Source: Isurus oxyrinchus (taxonomy: Eukaryota). Taken from it: a DNA stretch of 64,000 bases. The notes under the pieces were generated by a model that saw only the letters and a program-made list of their open reading frames with translations, was not told the origin of the DNA and searched no databases. The translations under genes and the position numbers were made by a program. Positions within the stretch are counted from its first letter, which is position 1. Each line of letters opens with the position of its first letter. The stretch is taken from assembly GCA_026770705.1 (NCBI GenBank), contig JANJGN010000210.1, positions 124,001-188,000 on the forward strand, given 5' to 3'. Positions 42,208 to 53,680 of the stretch are shown here, one piece after another.

Positions 42208-43817
42208 CATGGATCTGGAACTATCTCCCCATTTGTCTGTCACTGTTTCTGTTAGTTAGCACAGCGACAGTTACTCCTGATAGTGGGATATTGAACATGA
42301 ATGGCAGTGTGCACAGAGCAGGTAGTTATCCTCGTTAAAGGTAGAGATCATCTTCTGCAATGAGGGAGGATCAATTGTGTATTAAGGAACTCTGTGCTGT
42401 TTACCTAAAAAACATTTCCCCAATATGATATTAGCGACCATATTAATAACAATATTAATACTTCATTTTGCTGTAGTTTTGAACATTTGCAAAGGGTTTC
42501 AAGGTATAAATTCAGAGCAGAAGTTAGTGTGGAAAGGTAATTACTGAATATTCCCACATCGATTCCTCATTGGAGGCTTCATATCACAACACCACTTCTC
42601 TCCGATCCTAAAACGTCTCACAATGCAACTGCAAACGTATGAAAACCATGAGCTTGGACTCATATCGTCCCATAGAGCACTGACCCTGTATTCACGTTCA
42701 AACTGTGATTCATATCACTTCAGCCACTTCACCGACTCAGTTCTGTCCAGTTCATGCACCATGCCCGATCTAAGCAGAATCGCCATTGCGGCGATCCTGA
42801 GCACATCTCATTGGAGTAGTGACCTCACCCATCCAACTCGTGAAGAATTGATTCTCTGCACGATTGTACTGAATGGAAAGCATCTCGGGAGTGTGGTTAA
42901 AGGGGCTAAGGGCTTTTGAATTTGCGACAACAATCCGTAATATCCATCGGATATATTTGATTGTGACAATCGGTTTTCAATCAATATTTTGCCGTAAAGA
43001 AAGTCACAGTTCATGCACGTTCTTTCCGTGGTGTTCAGAATGGTGTGACTGCACCGGAATCACAGAGCAGCAAGAAATTACCATGGAAATGTGAAAAATG
43101 TATGTATTCAACTATCTGCTATGTTTCTGCTGTGATTGAAGTAAGTTGGTTGAGGATATGCTGAGTGTTTTGTTGTACGTGAAAAGGCCGCAGGTTCCAC
43201 GTAGTATAATCCCCGTTTCTCATCACAGTCATGAAACCGCTTTCTAACTTTGAGATGAAGATTCAGCATCACCAGAAAAGGATCATCAGTGCCGCAGGGA
43301 TATCTTCAGGTTGCACTTGGTGACGTTCAGCTCGTCAGTTGTCAACAGCCAAGGAATTGGAATGATCCAGAAAATCGGGAAGGACTGAAAGCACCAGACA
43401 GACACAAATTGAATAAAGAATCTGCTGCAAGTTATGGAGCAGTCAATCGTAAAGATGAAAAGTGGATCAGCATTTTTCAGGCACATCCACCCACACTCCA
43501 CCGACCCATCCATCCATCTGATGAAGAGTCATACGGACACTAAACTATTGTCTCTCTCTCCACATTTGCTGTCAGACCTGCTAAGCTTTTCCAGCATTTT
43601 CTGTTTTTACATCCGTCCATCCATCCATCCATCTCTTCAACTCCCGATCTGTCCATCCCTCCATCCGTCTATCTATCCATCTATCCATCCACCCATCTGC
43701 CCTTATCTATCTATCGAACTATTTTTCTATCCATACCTCCATCTATATATTAATTCATCCATTCGTTGTCTGTTGTTCATTATGTTTCCATGGTTAACCA
43801 TGAAATAATTTCTGCAG

Positions 43818-44148
43818 TAGTGAGTTCTGGAGGTTCAGTCGGACAGTGGTCAATAGAAGCCCATTAACTGGAAGGAATCTCGATGAGCATAATTTGCATA
43901 TTTTCAACTTCCGATGTGAATTATGTTTTGCAGCTTCATCGTCAAAACTAGAACCCGGCTCCAGCTTTCGTAATTCGGGCACATTCTTGTGGAAAGAACA
44001 TTAAAGGTCGCTTTTCAGTCATTCGAAAAACACCCAATTATATAGCTGCTTTCACCTTGTTTGTGCTTCAGGTCGCTGACAACCCCGTGTATTACTATGT
44101 GCTGAGACCATCAGTGAGAAAGGCCTCGGGGCAACTCGTACCAATAAA
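43818..44148 (+). pseudogene. TCR alpha/delta-type V pseudogene with degenerate 23-RSS
   Basis: After tttctgcag: VSSGGSVGQWSIEAH*LEGISMSIICIFSTSDVNYVLQLHRQN*NPAPAFVIR...GRFSV...LQVADNPVYYYVLR. Two stops, Trp and second Cys lost. Then (C)ATCAGTG-23-ACCAATAAA. Possible dead leader at 43098-43140. Confidence 0.75.
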
Positions 44149-44159
44149 GTGTTTTGTGA

Positions 44160-44740
44160 AACAAAAACAGAATTACCTGGAAAAACTCAGCAGGTCTGGC
44201 AGCATCGGCGGAGAAGAAAAGAGTTGACGTTTCGAGTCCTCATGACCCTTCGACAGAACTTGATTTCGAGTCCAAGAAAGAGTTGAAATATAAGCTGGTT
44301 TAAGGTGTGTGTGTGGGGGGCGGAGAGATAGAGAGAGAGAGAGAGGTGGTTGTGTGGACAAACAAGCAGTGATAGAAGCAGATCATCAAAAGATGTCAGC
44401 GACAATGGTACAATAGAACACATAGGTGTTAAAGTCAAAGTTGTTGATATTATCTAAACGAATGTGCTAATTAAGAATGGATGGTAGGGCACTCAAGGTA
44501 CAGCTCTAGTGGGGGTGGAGGGAGCATAAAAGATTTTAAAATATTTAAAAATAATGGAAATAGGTGGGAAAAGAAAAATCTATATAATTTATTGGGAAAA
44601 AAGGGGGAAACAGAAAGGGGGTGGGGATGGGGGAGGGAGCTCACGACCTAAAGTTGTTGAATTCAATATTCAGACCGGAAGGCTGTAAGGTGCCTAGTCG
44701 GAAGATGAGGTGTTGTTCCTCCAGTTTGCGTTAGGCTTCT
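44160..44740 (-). mobile_element. Penelope-like element 3' fragment
   Basis: Same terminus as other copies; inner end matches 26000-26030; flanked by TTTGTGA on both sides. Confidence 0.7.
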
Positions 44741-45409
44741 TTGTGAGATCAGCGAAAATAAGCTTCATTAAATCCGGCCACGAGGAGGCGCATCAGGCCG
44801 TGGATTCCCGCCTCCTGACAAATACTTCTTAAAAATACTTGAGGAAAAATTGCGTTTGATCTCTTATTTATGCCCATTAGTGTGACGTTTCCTTAGAGAC
44901 CCATAATTGGGAAGTTTATTTCAGTGTTAATCAACAGCCCAGCTCCAATACATTGGGATGGGACGCCCAGTTGTTCTGTTCCCCACGACAGATTCAGCCC
45001 CTTGTTTTAATTGATTTCAACTATGAAATTTCTGTAATTACAGAATAATACAGCAATCCTCTAATACCTGTCGCCAGACTGTTTTCCCCAGATTTGAAAT
45101 GTCTATGAACGTAACGCAGTCCTTACAGACCGGCAGAAATATATAATTTCAGTTGAGCGCGTTAGTTTTGAATTCAGCTCATTATCGTTAGATTTTACGA
45201 CTGACAACAGTGCCCGCGGCCGCCTCCCCCATAGTTCCGTTCGTTTCTTTCGCTCTGACCTTCCTTGCCTTTCCTGTGATTTGGAAAGTTGTTTTCCACT
45301 GTTCCTGATTTGACGTTGGTTGGATCGACAGTACAGTGCGCTGGGGATCTGCACTTCTGCCCTGACAGAGGATTTGGCGGACTGTAGAGTTACAGACTCA
45401 GGGAGCATC

Positions 45410-45990
45410 ATGGGGAATTTCATCACACCCGGTCCTCGTCATTATATCACTTCTTAGTAAGTATTTCCTTCCCAGAAAAAAATCCGTTCTCCCCCTGACA
45501 GCTGCAACCCACGTGTTATTAATTGTAAAGTGATGCAGCTGATGATGAAGCTACTTGAAATGGTGGTGATGATGATCCTGATAATGATGACATCTACCCG
45601 ACTACTTTATGTTAGGATGGAGCCATCCAGACACAGTGGTCGGGTCGGTTGCTGAAATGATGCCGAAGCTGAAATGATGCCGAAGGCGACAGTAACACCA
45701 CGTGATCTGCATCTTGAAAACATATCTCCATAACCACACAAACAGTCATTCGGACTCGAAACGTTAACTGTCTTCCTCTCCACAGATGCTGTCAGACCTG
45801 TGGAGCTTTTCCAACTATTTTTATTTTTGCTCCATAACCAGTTGTTCTGGTATAGTCAGCAGCCCGAGCAAAACATCCACAGCTCCTCAATAATCTGATC
45901 GGTGAGAATGAAAACAATAAGACAGACATTGTTGGGCAATTCTCTTCTACATTTAACAGAACTGCCAAGATAACGGAGCTGAGGCTCTGA
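45410..45990 (+). pseudogene. Heavily decayed TCR-type V pseudogene (frameshifted leader, PLE insertion, no YYC)
   Basis: Leader MG/ISSHPVLVIISLL|GTAAGT (45410-45456, one extra base). Removing the insertion between the CTCCATAACCA duplicates gives ICILKTYLHNQLFWYSQQP, then by frameshift HPQLL...GQFSSTFNRTAKITELR. TGACGT (CRE-like) at 45311. Confidence 0.6.
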
Positions 45991-48900
45991 ACTGCGACGC
46001 AGCCAAGCCCCACGGCAGAGATCCGGCGGATCCCGGTCAAAATGCTAGAACGAGCGGCTCAGTTAATGCTCAACAGAGGGCGCTCGAACACCGGGAAACA
46101 AGGGCAAATATTCAGCCTTCGTATCATATTCAGGCGGAGCCCCGTTAAAGGTGCAAGAAAACCGTAACATTCTGTTGGGCCATGACCTCCGAGCTAAAAG
46201 GCCGTGTAAGTGGAGGACACAGCAAAGAAGCGCCGGGGAACACCCCGCCCGGAGTTCCCAGGCAAGGTTTACACGGCAATTGTCCGGGAAGTAGAAACTT
46301 CCCATGGGCAATTGCTCTGTACTGGGAACAAACAGAAAATACAATTTACATTGCAAACTTCGAATGGTTCCGACTGTCCGACATCAAGAGTTGCCCAGAA
46401 AGTTAGAATTAAAACCACTTCTAGCTTCTGAGTAACTTTGTACAGAGCCACACTGACACCCACGAGTCTCCTTCCACACCCCCGAACTCCCAGGAAGTCC
46501 CCCCACCTCTCAGACTCCAACTCCCCCCACGGGACACCCCCAACCCACGAACCCCAGGGGACTCCCTGCACCTCACGACCACTCTCAGCAGCCCAAACCC
46601 AGCTGCTCATATAAAGAAAGTCCAGCGAATTCAGTAAATAGACGGAGAATTTCTCACCGCCTGGCAGCGGGGGATCCTGCGGATTGTAAACGGAAGAGGG
46701 AGACGGAGAGAGAGAAGCATAAATAAAAGCAGAAATGATATAAATAAATCAAGTTAACAAATCCAGGCAGGAAGCAGAAAAGGAGAGAATTAATAAAATT
46801 ATTGAATCGTGCAATGGCATTGATTGAAAGGAAGATCTTAACATTGTCCCTGTGCACGCGAGTGCCGCCTGCTCCACGGTGCATCAGCCCCACACTTTAT
46901 ACCGAGTGTTTAAAACCTGAACAATGTTCCGGTGACGGTGAGTGAAACCCCTTCCTTCCGCCCCCGCCTCCACCATCACCATCGTATATCGGCTCAGTGC
47001 CTGTCTGGCCTCAATGGTTAAAGGCCTGAGAGATTTACCTGTGAAGATCAGTGAATGAGGTCCCCCAGATGAGTAATTTCAGTGTCGTCTGGTCTCACTC
47101 GTTAAAGATTTGTATACCTCGTCTACAGATTAGCCCTGTGTCTGTATGCTTTCAGACACCTACACAATGCCGAATATAAAGTTGAGGTCAAGAACGATGG
47201 ACGATGCATAGGGAGTTTGATAAAAATGAGACTCAGTGTGGTGATAATGCAGAGAAACACTAACAGAGGGACATAAATGAAGGTGAGATTGATTACATTG
47301 AGTGGCAGAGAGACATATTAACAGAGAGAGATGTATAATGCTGAGGTGAGGACAGTTAGTGGTACAAATCTAGAATAGCAGAAAGGTATTAATGCAGAAA
47401 TGTATTTATAAATATAAAGGCACAGAAAGTAAACAGTTGATAATGGCTATTCTCCCATATGACACTTGGTGCAGTAAACTGCGGGAAAGGGATCATCAGT
47501 GCTCTGTGTAATACAAATGGACAAGAGAGACTAACACTGACTGAAGTTATGGGATGCACACACAGTCTGTAGGCTCCTCAGTGACACCAGGAAATATGAA
47601 ATTTGGAGAATCCTGGGGATTTCAATCAGGAAAATGGGGATGACGCTAAAGGAAACAATGGGAAACAAAGGCAAACATTAGCACACAGCTAACAGAAAAA
47701 AAAGCAAGTTAAAATGAAACAAACTCGTGGTATAGGAATCTGAGCATCTTTACTGTGACGTGAGTGACGGTCACCTCGGTGAATGAGTTCAGTGTCTGGC
47801 TGCACACAGTTACTCTAGGATTAAGCAATACTCATTTATTAGCGCGCTGTACAATCCCTCTGTTTATATTAAACCAGACGTCACCTCATTTATTACTGCA
47901 CTGCACTGGATGATGTCTTAGCTAGTACTGCATTAGATAGGCCTCCACTTATGTTAGAAGAGGCCCTATTTTTGTTATTACTGACTACAATATTTTAATG
48001 CTTATGCTTATATTACACTAGACACTGTCCCAATGGAACTACACTTGACCACATCTCACTATATATTGCATTCGTCCCTTTTTTCAGTTATTTGCAAAAG
48101 GATCCAATTCTGTCTATGTGATCCAAGGTGGTATCTCAGTTATTATTGCAAAATGTCATCTCCATTAGTGTTAGGCAACATCCTGTCTCAGTATTACTCA
48201 AGATAATGTCACTCTTGATACTACAATAGCCTGTGTCTCTGTTTACGGTGCACGAGCCCCAACCTCATTTATTGCGGCATTACTCATGTCTGTTTGCATT
48301 ACACTCGGCCATCCCTGAATTACTACTGCTTAACAAGGCTTTGAAGTGTTCGATCAGCCATGATTGTATTGAATGGCGGATCAGGCTCGATGGGCTGAAT
48401 GACCTTCTCCTGTTCGTATGTTCCTAAGCTTCCATATCCCGTACTATTGGTATTATTCCGAAGCAGACACTAGCCACCTAGCCAAGTAAGGTAACGAGCT
48501 GCCAGTTATTCTTTGTCTATGTTGTGTACATCTGCCAGGATATTGGTAATGTCACTGGACTCCCTCATATTGCAACCTGGGCCAGGGAAGATGCTGGGTC
48601 TGAGGCGCCGACCTTCAGATCAGAAATCTAACTGAGGTCCTGCTAGCCCGTTCAGGGTGATGTTAAACAATCTCCGGAATACTGGGGTAAGAACCGGGCG
48701 CGGGGATTCTCCTGGTGTCCTGGGCCCACATTCCACCTTAAACAAGCATCACCCAATACAAACATAGGCACCGACCTCCCAGTTCATTACTGTGGGGAAA
48801 GGAAGGCGGCAGCACAACTGGCAGAAAGAAAATCTCCCCTCCCCCACCCCTGTACACCATAGTATTGTGGGAGGGGCTTTCACATCTGGATCACAATCCA

Positions 48901-49109
48901 AATGTAGAGTCAGAAAATTGCAGCCTCCTTTTATAAACATGTCTCTTATTCACATACACTTCGCCAGCGACCCAAGAACAGTGCGGTCCATCAATGATCT
49001 CAAACACACTGCCCTGTGCAAATCAACTCGATCCCCCTAAAGTACTTCAGTCCAGCTCTGAGGTCCGGTCTCCCAGTGCAGTCCAGGGCTGCAGCCTCCA
49101 GTTCCCCGC

Positions 49110-49117
49110 CATATAAA
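49110..49117 (+). promoter_or_regulatory. TATA box of the NAR-TCR V
   Basis: ATATAAA about 30 bp upstream of the leader ATG. Confidence 0.5.
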
Positions 49118-49141
49118 CACTCAGCTCCAGGCAGCAGAACG

Positions 49142-49184
49142 ATGGGAATCCTCCATGTTTTCACCCTGTGTGTCTATTTATCCC
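49142..49184 (+). CDS. Leader exon of the NAR-TCR V (MGILHVFTLCVYLS-R)
   Basis: 43-nt phase-1 exon ending C|GTGAGT, in frame with the V exon. Confidence 0.9.
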
Positions 49185-49328
49185 GTGAGTACCGATCAAA
49201 CAAACCGACATTGTGTGGGTTTAATATAAAGCTGCCCGAGTCCATTCCATTTACAGACACTGTCCGGAGTTTTAACCCCGTTCTGTGGTTCGGCTCTGAT
49301 AGTCCATTAAACTCTGTTTAATTTCCAG

Positions 49329-49613
49329 GCTCTTTCAGTCAGTCAGTGACACAGACCCCGGCAGCGGTGACCAGGAAGGAGTGTCAGTCTCTCACCATCA
49401 CCTGTGTTTTCTCCGCTGCTTCGTGGCATTATTTCCAAACGGGACATTTCTTCAAACAAACACAGAGTGGGACTGAGCGGGAGCGGATCTCCAGCTGGGG
49501 GAGATTTGTTGTTTCGGTGAATAAAGCACGAAAGACATTTTCGCTGGAAATTCAGGATGTGAGAGTTGAGGACACCGCCACCTATTACTGTAAAGCTCAG
49601 TACCTGCACGACA
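49329..49613 (+). CDS. NAR-like V segment of NAR-TCR
   Basis: Acceptor tttccag|. SFSQSVTQTPAAVTRKECQSLTITCVF...ERERISSWGRFVVSVNKARKTFSLEIQDVRVEDTATYYCKA: IgNAR-like, with FR2/CDR2 deletion and an extra FR1 Cys. Open frame. Confidence 0.9.
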
Positions 49614-49651
49614 CACAGTGATGGGCCTCGGCTGCCCGCGATACAAAAACT
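49614..49651 (+). other. RSS of the NAR V (22-nt spacer, two-turn class)
   Basis: CACAGTG + ATGGGCCTCGGCTGCCCGCGAT + ACAAAAACT. Confidence 0.92.
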
Positions 49652-49979
49652 CTCTCTGCCGATTATCACAGAAACAAATGAAAAAGCGGAGTTAATCTGC
49701 AGTTAAACTCCAACAGTTGCGCCTCACACCGTCTGCCCCACAGTCTAGTTTATAATGAGATTGGATTATTGCTGTTAACATCTTGAGTTTTATAAATGCC
49801 GAGTGTGTGCGGATGGTGATGTCTATCCCGGGATTGGTGTCAGTGAATGGGGATTGGGAATGACTGATCCCAGTTGCAAACCCCGAACGCCATATGTGAT
49901 TCTGGTCTAACAGCTGGAACCGGGAACCGCAGTCCCCGGTGTTTAACTAATGTCCACAAATCTCAACAAACACCCGGGG

Positions 49980-50052
49980 GATTTAATACTGACTTTGTAA
50001 CACTGTGTGGATGGATGGGGGAGTCACAATGGGAGAGACCTGAGCAAATAAC
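49980..50052 (+). other. D segment (50008-50024, TGGATGGATGGGGGAGT) flanked by 12-RSSs
   Basis: GATTTAATA-12-CACTGTG | D | CACAATG-12-GCAAATAAC. Heptamers good, nonamers degenerate. Confidence 0.8.
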
Positions 50053-50367
50053 TCTATACAATTTAAATATAAATTCTCCGGGCCTGGATAGTGAATTGTC
50101 GGGTTGATGTTATTATCGCTGGAATCTGGTTACATTTCATTTTAATTCCCACCATTCAGTTATCTTTCTTTGATATTTTTCTCGGTTTATATGAAGCGAA
50201 CATCTAGTTCCCGGGACTATTTACTCAGTGCTCAGGGCCTCACAAAGGACGGTTTGAACCGACAGAGACTTTGAAACGTTGAATATTGTTTATTTATTTA
50301 AATCCGCTGAATAATTGCGCAGTTTCTACTGTCTGATGATGATTTCCGGGCAGGTTGCGGTGTCGGT

Positions 50368-50459
50368 GGTTGTTGTACCTGGGAGACTGAGAGCGGTGTT
50401 ACTGTGGTGGGTTACTGATTATGCGGATGGATCCGGGACAGTGGTGACTGTCACAGACG
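50368..50459 (+). other. J segment (50407-50459, WVTDYADGSGTVVTVTD) with 5' 23-RSS
   Basis: GGTTGTTGT-23-TACTGTG; NAR-type DGxGT motif; phase-1 donor G|GTAAGT. Confidence 0.9.
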
Positions 50460-51409
50460 GTAAGTGACTCCAACCCACGCCGCGTTACAGACTGTCCCGG
50501 GTAATGTTATTGATATCAGTGGAGTTTGGGTGGGATGTGGGAGTTGACGGAATCTGGACAATTATTGGTTTAATGGGCACATCGGGGACAACATCAACAT
50601 CAACATCACGGACTCTCACACGCTGAATCGCTTTTAATGAGCACAGGTTGGCGACAATCCGGACCCCACTCCTAGCGTTAACTGTGACCGAGGGAGCTCT
50701 GTCTGTCCCTTAGAACCCGGGACCGGGGTCACAGAGCTCTCTCCTGGGCAGCAGATTGCAGTCCGAGCCGCGGAATGTGAATGAGGTACCGGTTGAACAA
50801 ACTCAACACAACTGCGGCCAGTTCGGGTACCTGCAGCGGCTCGTTCAACACCTGACCCGGGAGAAAAACGGGACAGTGACACAACGGACTCCAGATATAA
50901 GAGATCCTGATATGGGTCCAGATGGAATTTTATTATTGGGCAATCAGTGACTGAAATTTGTGACATTGTCCCCTCCATTTCTTTCAGTTGCCTCCATATA
51001 ACCAATCAGTTTCCTCCTCTTCTGTCTTCAGACCGAAATATGAATGATTGGGACTGCAGGCACTTCTCTATCTTGAATGTAGATGTTTGAAAGATGGGAT
51101 TGCAGTAATTTATCTGTATCCCTGATTACTATGAATTGAATCAACACAGTGCAGAGAACGAGTGAGGGTAATGCTTTAATCTTATGAATGAGTACAGGGA
51201 CAGAAGGAAACAGTTATAAACAGGGGGAACGTTCGTTGATAACCAGCAAGAAATAATTAATCGAAAGGGAGAGAAGGATTGGCTGAATTCTGGGTGCCTT
51301 TCAAAGTACAATCCGACCCCAGGGTGGTGGGTGAGGTTTATGGAGGGAAGGATTGAAATAGACTCCAGTCCAGAATGCTGTGTAAAATTCTGTTCTCCTT
51401 ACAGAAGAT

Positions 51410-51910
51410 AGATCAACCTGCATTGGAAGGATTGCAACAAATGTTCTTCAGACTGATTCCTGAGATGAAGGGATTGTCCAATGGGAAGAGATTTAGTCGC
51501 CTCGGTCTATATTTCCCAGAGTTTAGAATAAAGAGAGGTGATCTCATGAAAACATATAATATACTGAAGGGTTTTGACAGGGCAGATTCTGGCTCGGAGT
51601 TTCCCCAGACTGAGGAGTATCGAACTCGGGGTCACAGCTTCAGAATAAAGAGTCATCCATGAGAACTGAGAAGCAAAAAAATCTTCAGTCGAACCATTGT
51701 TGTGAATGTGTTGCATTCTGTAAATCAGAGCGCTATGGATGTTCAGTATCTGTTTGCATTGAAGACAATATTTGATTGGTTTGCAGACACTAAAATATCA
51801 GGGATATGGGGAGAATGCGGAGATGTGCTGTTGATGTTGTAAATCAGCCAGGATATTACTGAATGGCTGAGGAGGTTTGAAAGGTGATCTGGCGACTCCT
51901 GCTTCTATTG
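51410..51910 (+). mobile_element. CR1-like LINE 3' fragment in the J-to-supporting-V intron
   Basis: LGLY..EFR..RGDL..TYNILKG motif. Confidence 0.75.
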
Positions 51911-53375
51911 ATTGGATTCTCTGCTTTGATTTCTTACACCCCTGAGAAAAGAAATCAGCAACAATCCACATCTCTCTGGGAAGATTGAACAGGCTGGGTC
52001 TTTTTTTTCTGAAAAACAGAACTACAAGGAGAATCCATAGAAATCTTTTCAATAATGAACGGTTTTATGGTGGAGAAATTTTTCATTTGTGACTAAGTCC
52101 AAGGCAACATCCGTCAACATATAACAATCATTAACAGAACAAATAAAATATTTAAGACAAATGAATTGAAACAAAGGCAGGTTAGAATGTGGAACTTGCT
52201 GCCACAGGGAGAGGTTGGGGATAGTATTGATATATTTATTGGAACACTTGGAAATACAGGAGGGAGAACGGAACAGGCCAACACAGGGAGCTGGATGTAA
52301 ATGGTCAATTAGATTTCGGGCGGAGTCAGGCTGGAATTGATTATATGCACAGGCTGAATGGCCCATTCCTCTTCCGCATTCTTCTTCCTCTATAATGTAA
52401 AACTGAGAGAAAACTCCACCCAGTGAACCCGGGAGAGAATCAGTCAATGGGAGGAAAGAATGAAATTTTCAGAGAACTGGAAGAGGCAGTTCCCAGTGAG
52501 TAACAGGAAAACCACTGCGGAAACTGAACAGACAACTGAGAAACTTTGGGGCAAGTTCCCACGGTTGCAAAAAGTACAAACAGCACAAAATAAATGTCAA
52601 ATAAAGGGAATGTGAAATTAAAGAAATAAAATGAAATTAATTGCACCTATTTGAAATTAAGTTGAACTGGAGAAAATTGGACCCTATTGATAGAACATAA
52701 AGGAATAGAGCAAAAGGCAGATCGAAATTTCTGAGCAGTTTTAAACAGCAGTGAATGATTGACCTTTCACCACGAGAGATGCTCACTCTCGGTTTGGCCC
52801 AGTCGGTGCTGATGAACCCCATCCATTTGTGTTGGATCTTGCTGTGCACAGTGTTTCCTCGCAGCTGTGTTCCTCTCCAACACACATGCTTTTTGGAAAC
52901 TGGTTGCCTCGCTGAACATAAAATGCTCCCTCGTGTTGGCCTCTCACCAAGGAAAATAGAAACGGGAATGTAATATAATTCATAGAATTGTCTAGCACGA
53001 AAGGATGACATTTGGCCCATCGCTGACCCTTTAAAAGTGCAATCCAATTGTTCCCACTGCCCATGAATTTTCTCTATAGCTCTATATTTGTATTTACATT
53101 TCCAGCACAGATCATTAACCGTTTGAAAGCCACGACTGAATCTATCCCCAACACCAATTCAGACAGTGCTGTCCTGATCGGAAGAATTCGCGATGTAAAA
53201 TAAATCATCACCTCATTCCCCACTTGGTCATATTTTTATAAGAGTGAACACGGTTCAAACAGGCTTCCAGCAAATAAAATTACTGCAATAAGCAGAGCTA
53301 TTCACGCGATTGACAGATTCTCCTGGACAAACAGTGGTTGAACAAAAAGATAGTGTTCATTTTTTTATCCTATAG

Positions 53376-53680
53376 ATTCCAGTTCCATGATTTCCCGGAT
53401 TTCGCTTCTACAAACGTCTGCTGCTGGTGATAGCGTTACTTTAAGCTGTGGGTATTCAGGTATCTGTCAGTACACAGTACACTGGTATCGTCAGTCCCCA
53501 GGACAGGCTCCAGAATATCTTCTTCAGAGATACACTTCAGGAGAAGAGAATGAAGAAAACTCTGCAGGGAAAGAACTTCTGCTTCTATCGATTCTTCCGA
53601 GAAAATCAACCGGTTAAAGATCTCCAAACTGCAACTGAGCGACTCCGCTGTTTATTACTGTGAACTGAGTCGGCGCACAG
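53376..53680 (+). pseudogene. TRDV: Supporting TCR-delta V of NAR-TCR, with a 1-nt frameshift
   Basis: Acceptor tcctatag| in phase with J. DSSSMISRISLLQTSAAGDSVTLSCGYSGICQYTVHWYRQSPGQAPEYLLQR...SAG, then after a shift at ~53567-53572 RTSASIDSSEKINRLKISKLQLSDSAVYYCELSRR. CDR1 Cys at 53465. Confidence 0.88.

Noticed and set aside
45103-45426. Minus-strand ORF ending IIYFCR (V-like?)
   Set aside because: No first Cys/Trp pattern or RSS; it is antisense to the promoter/leader of the + strand V relic.
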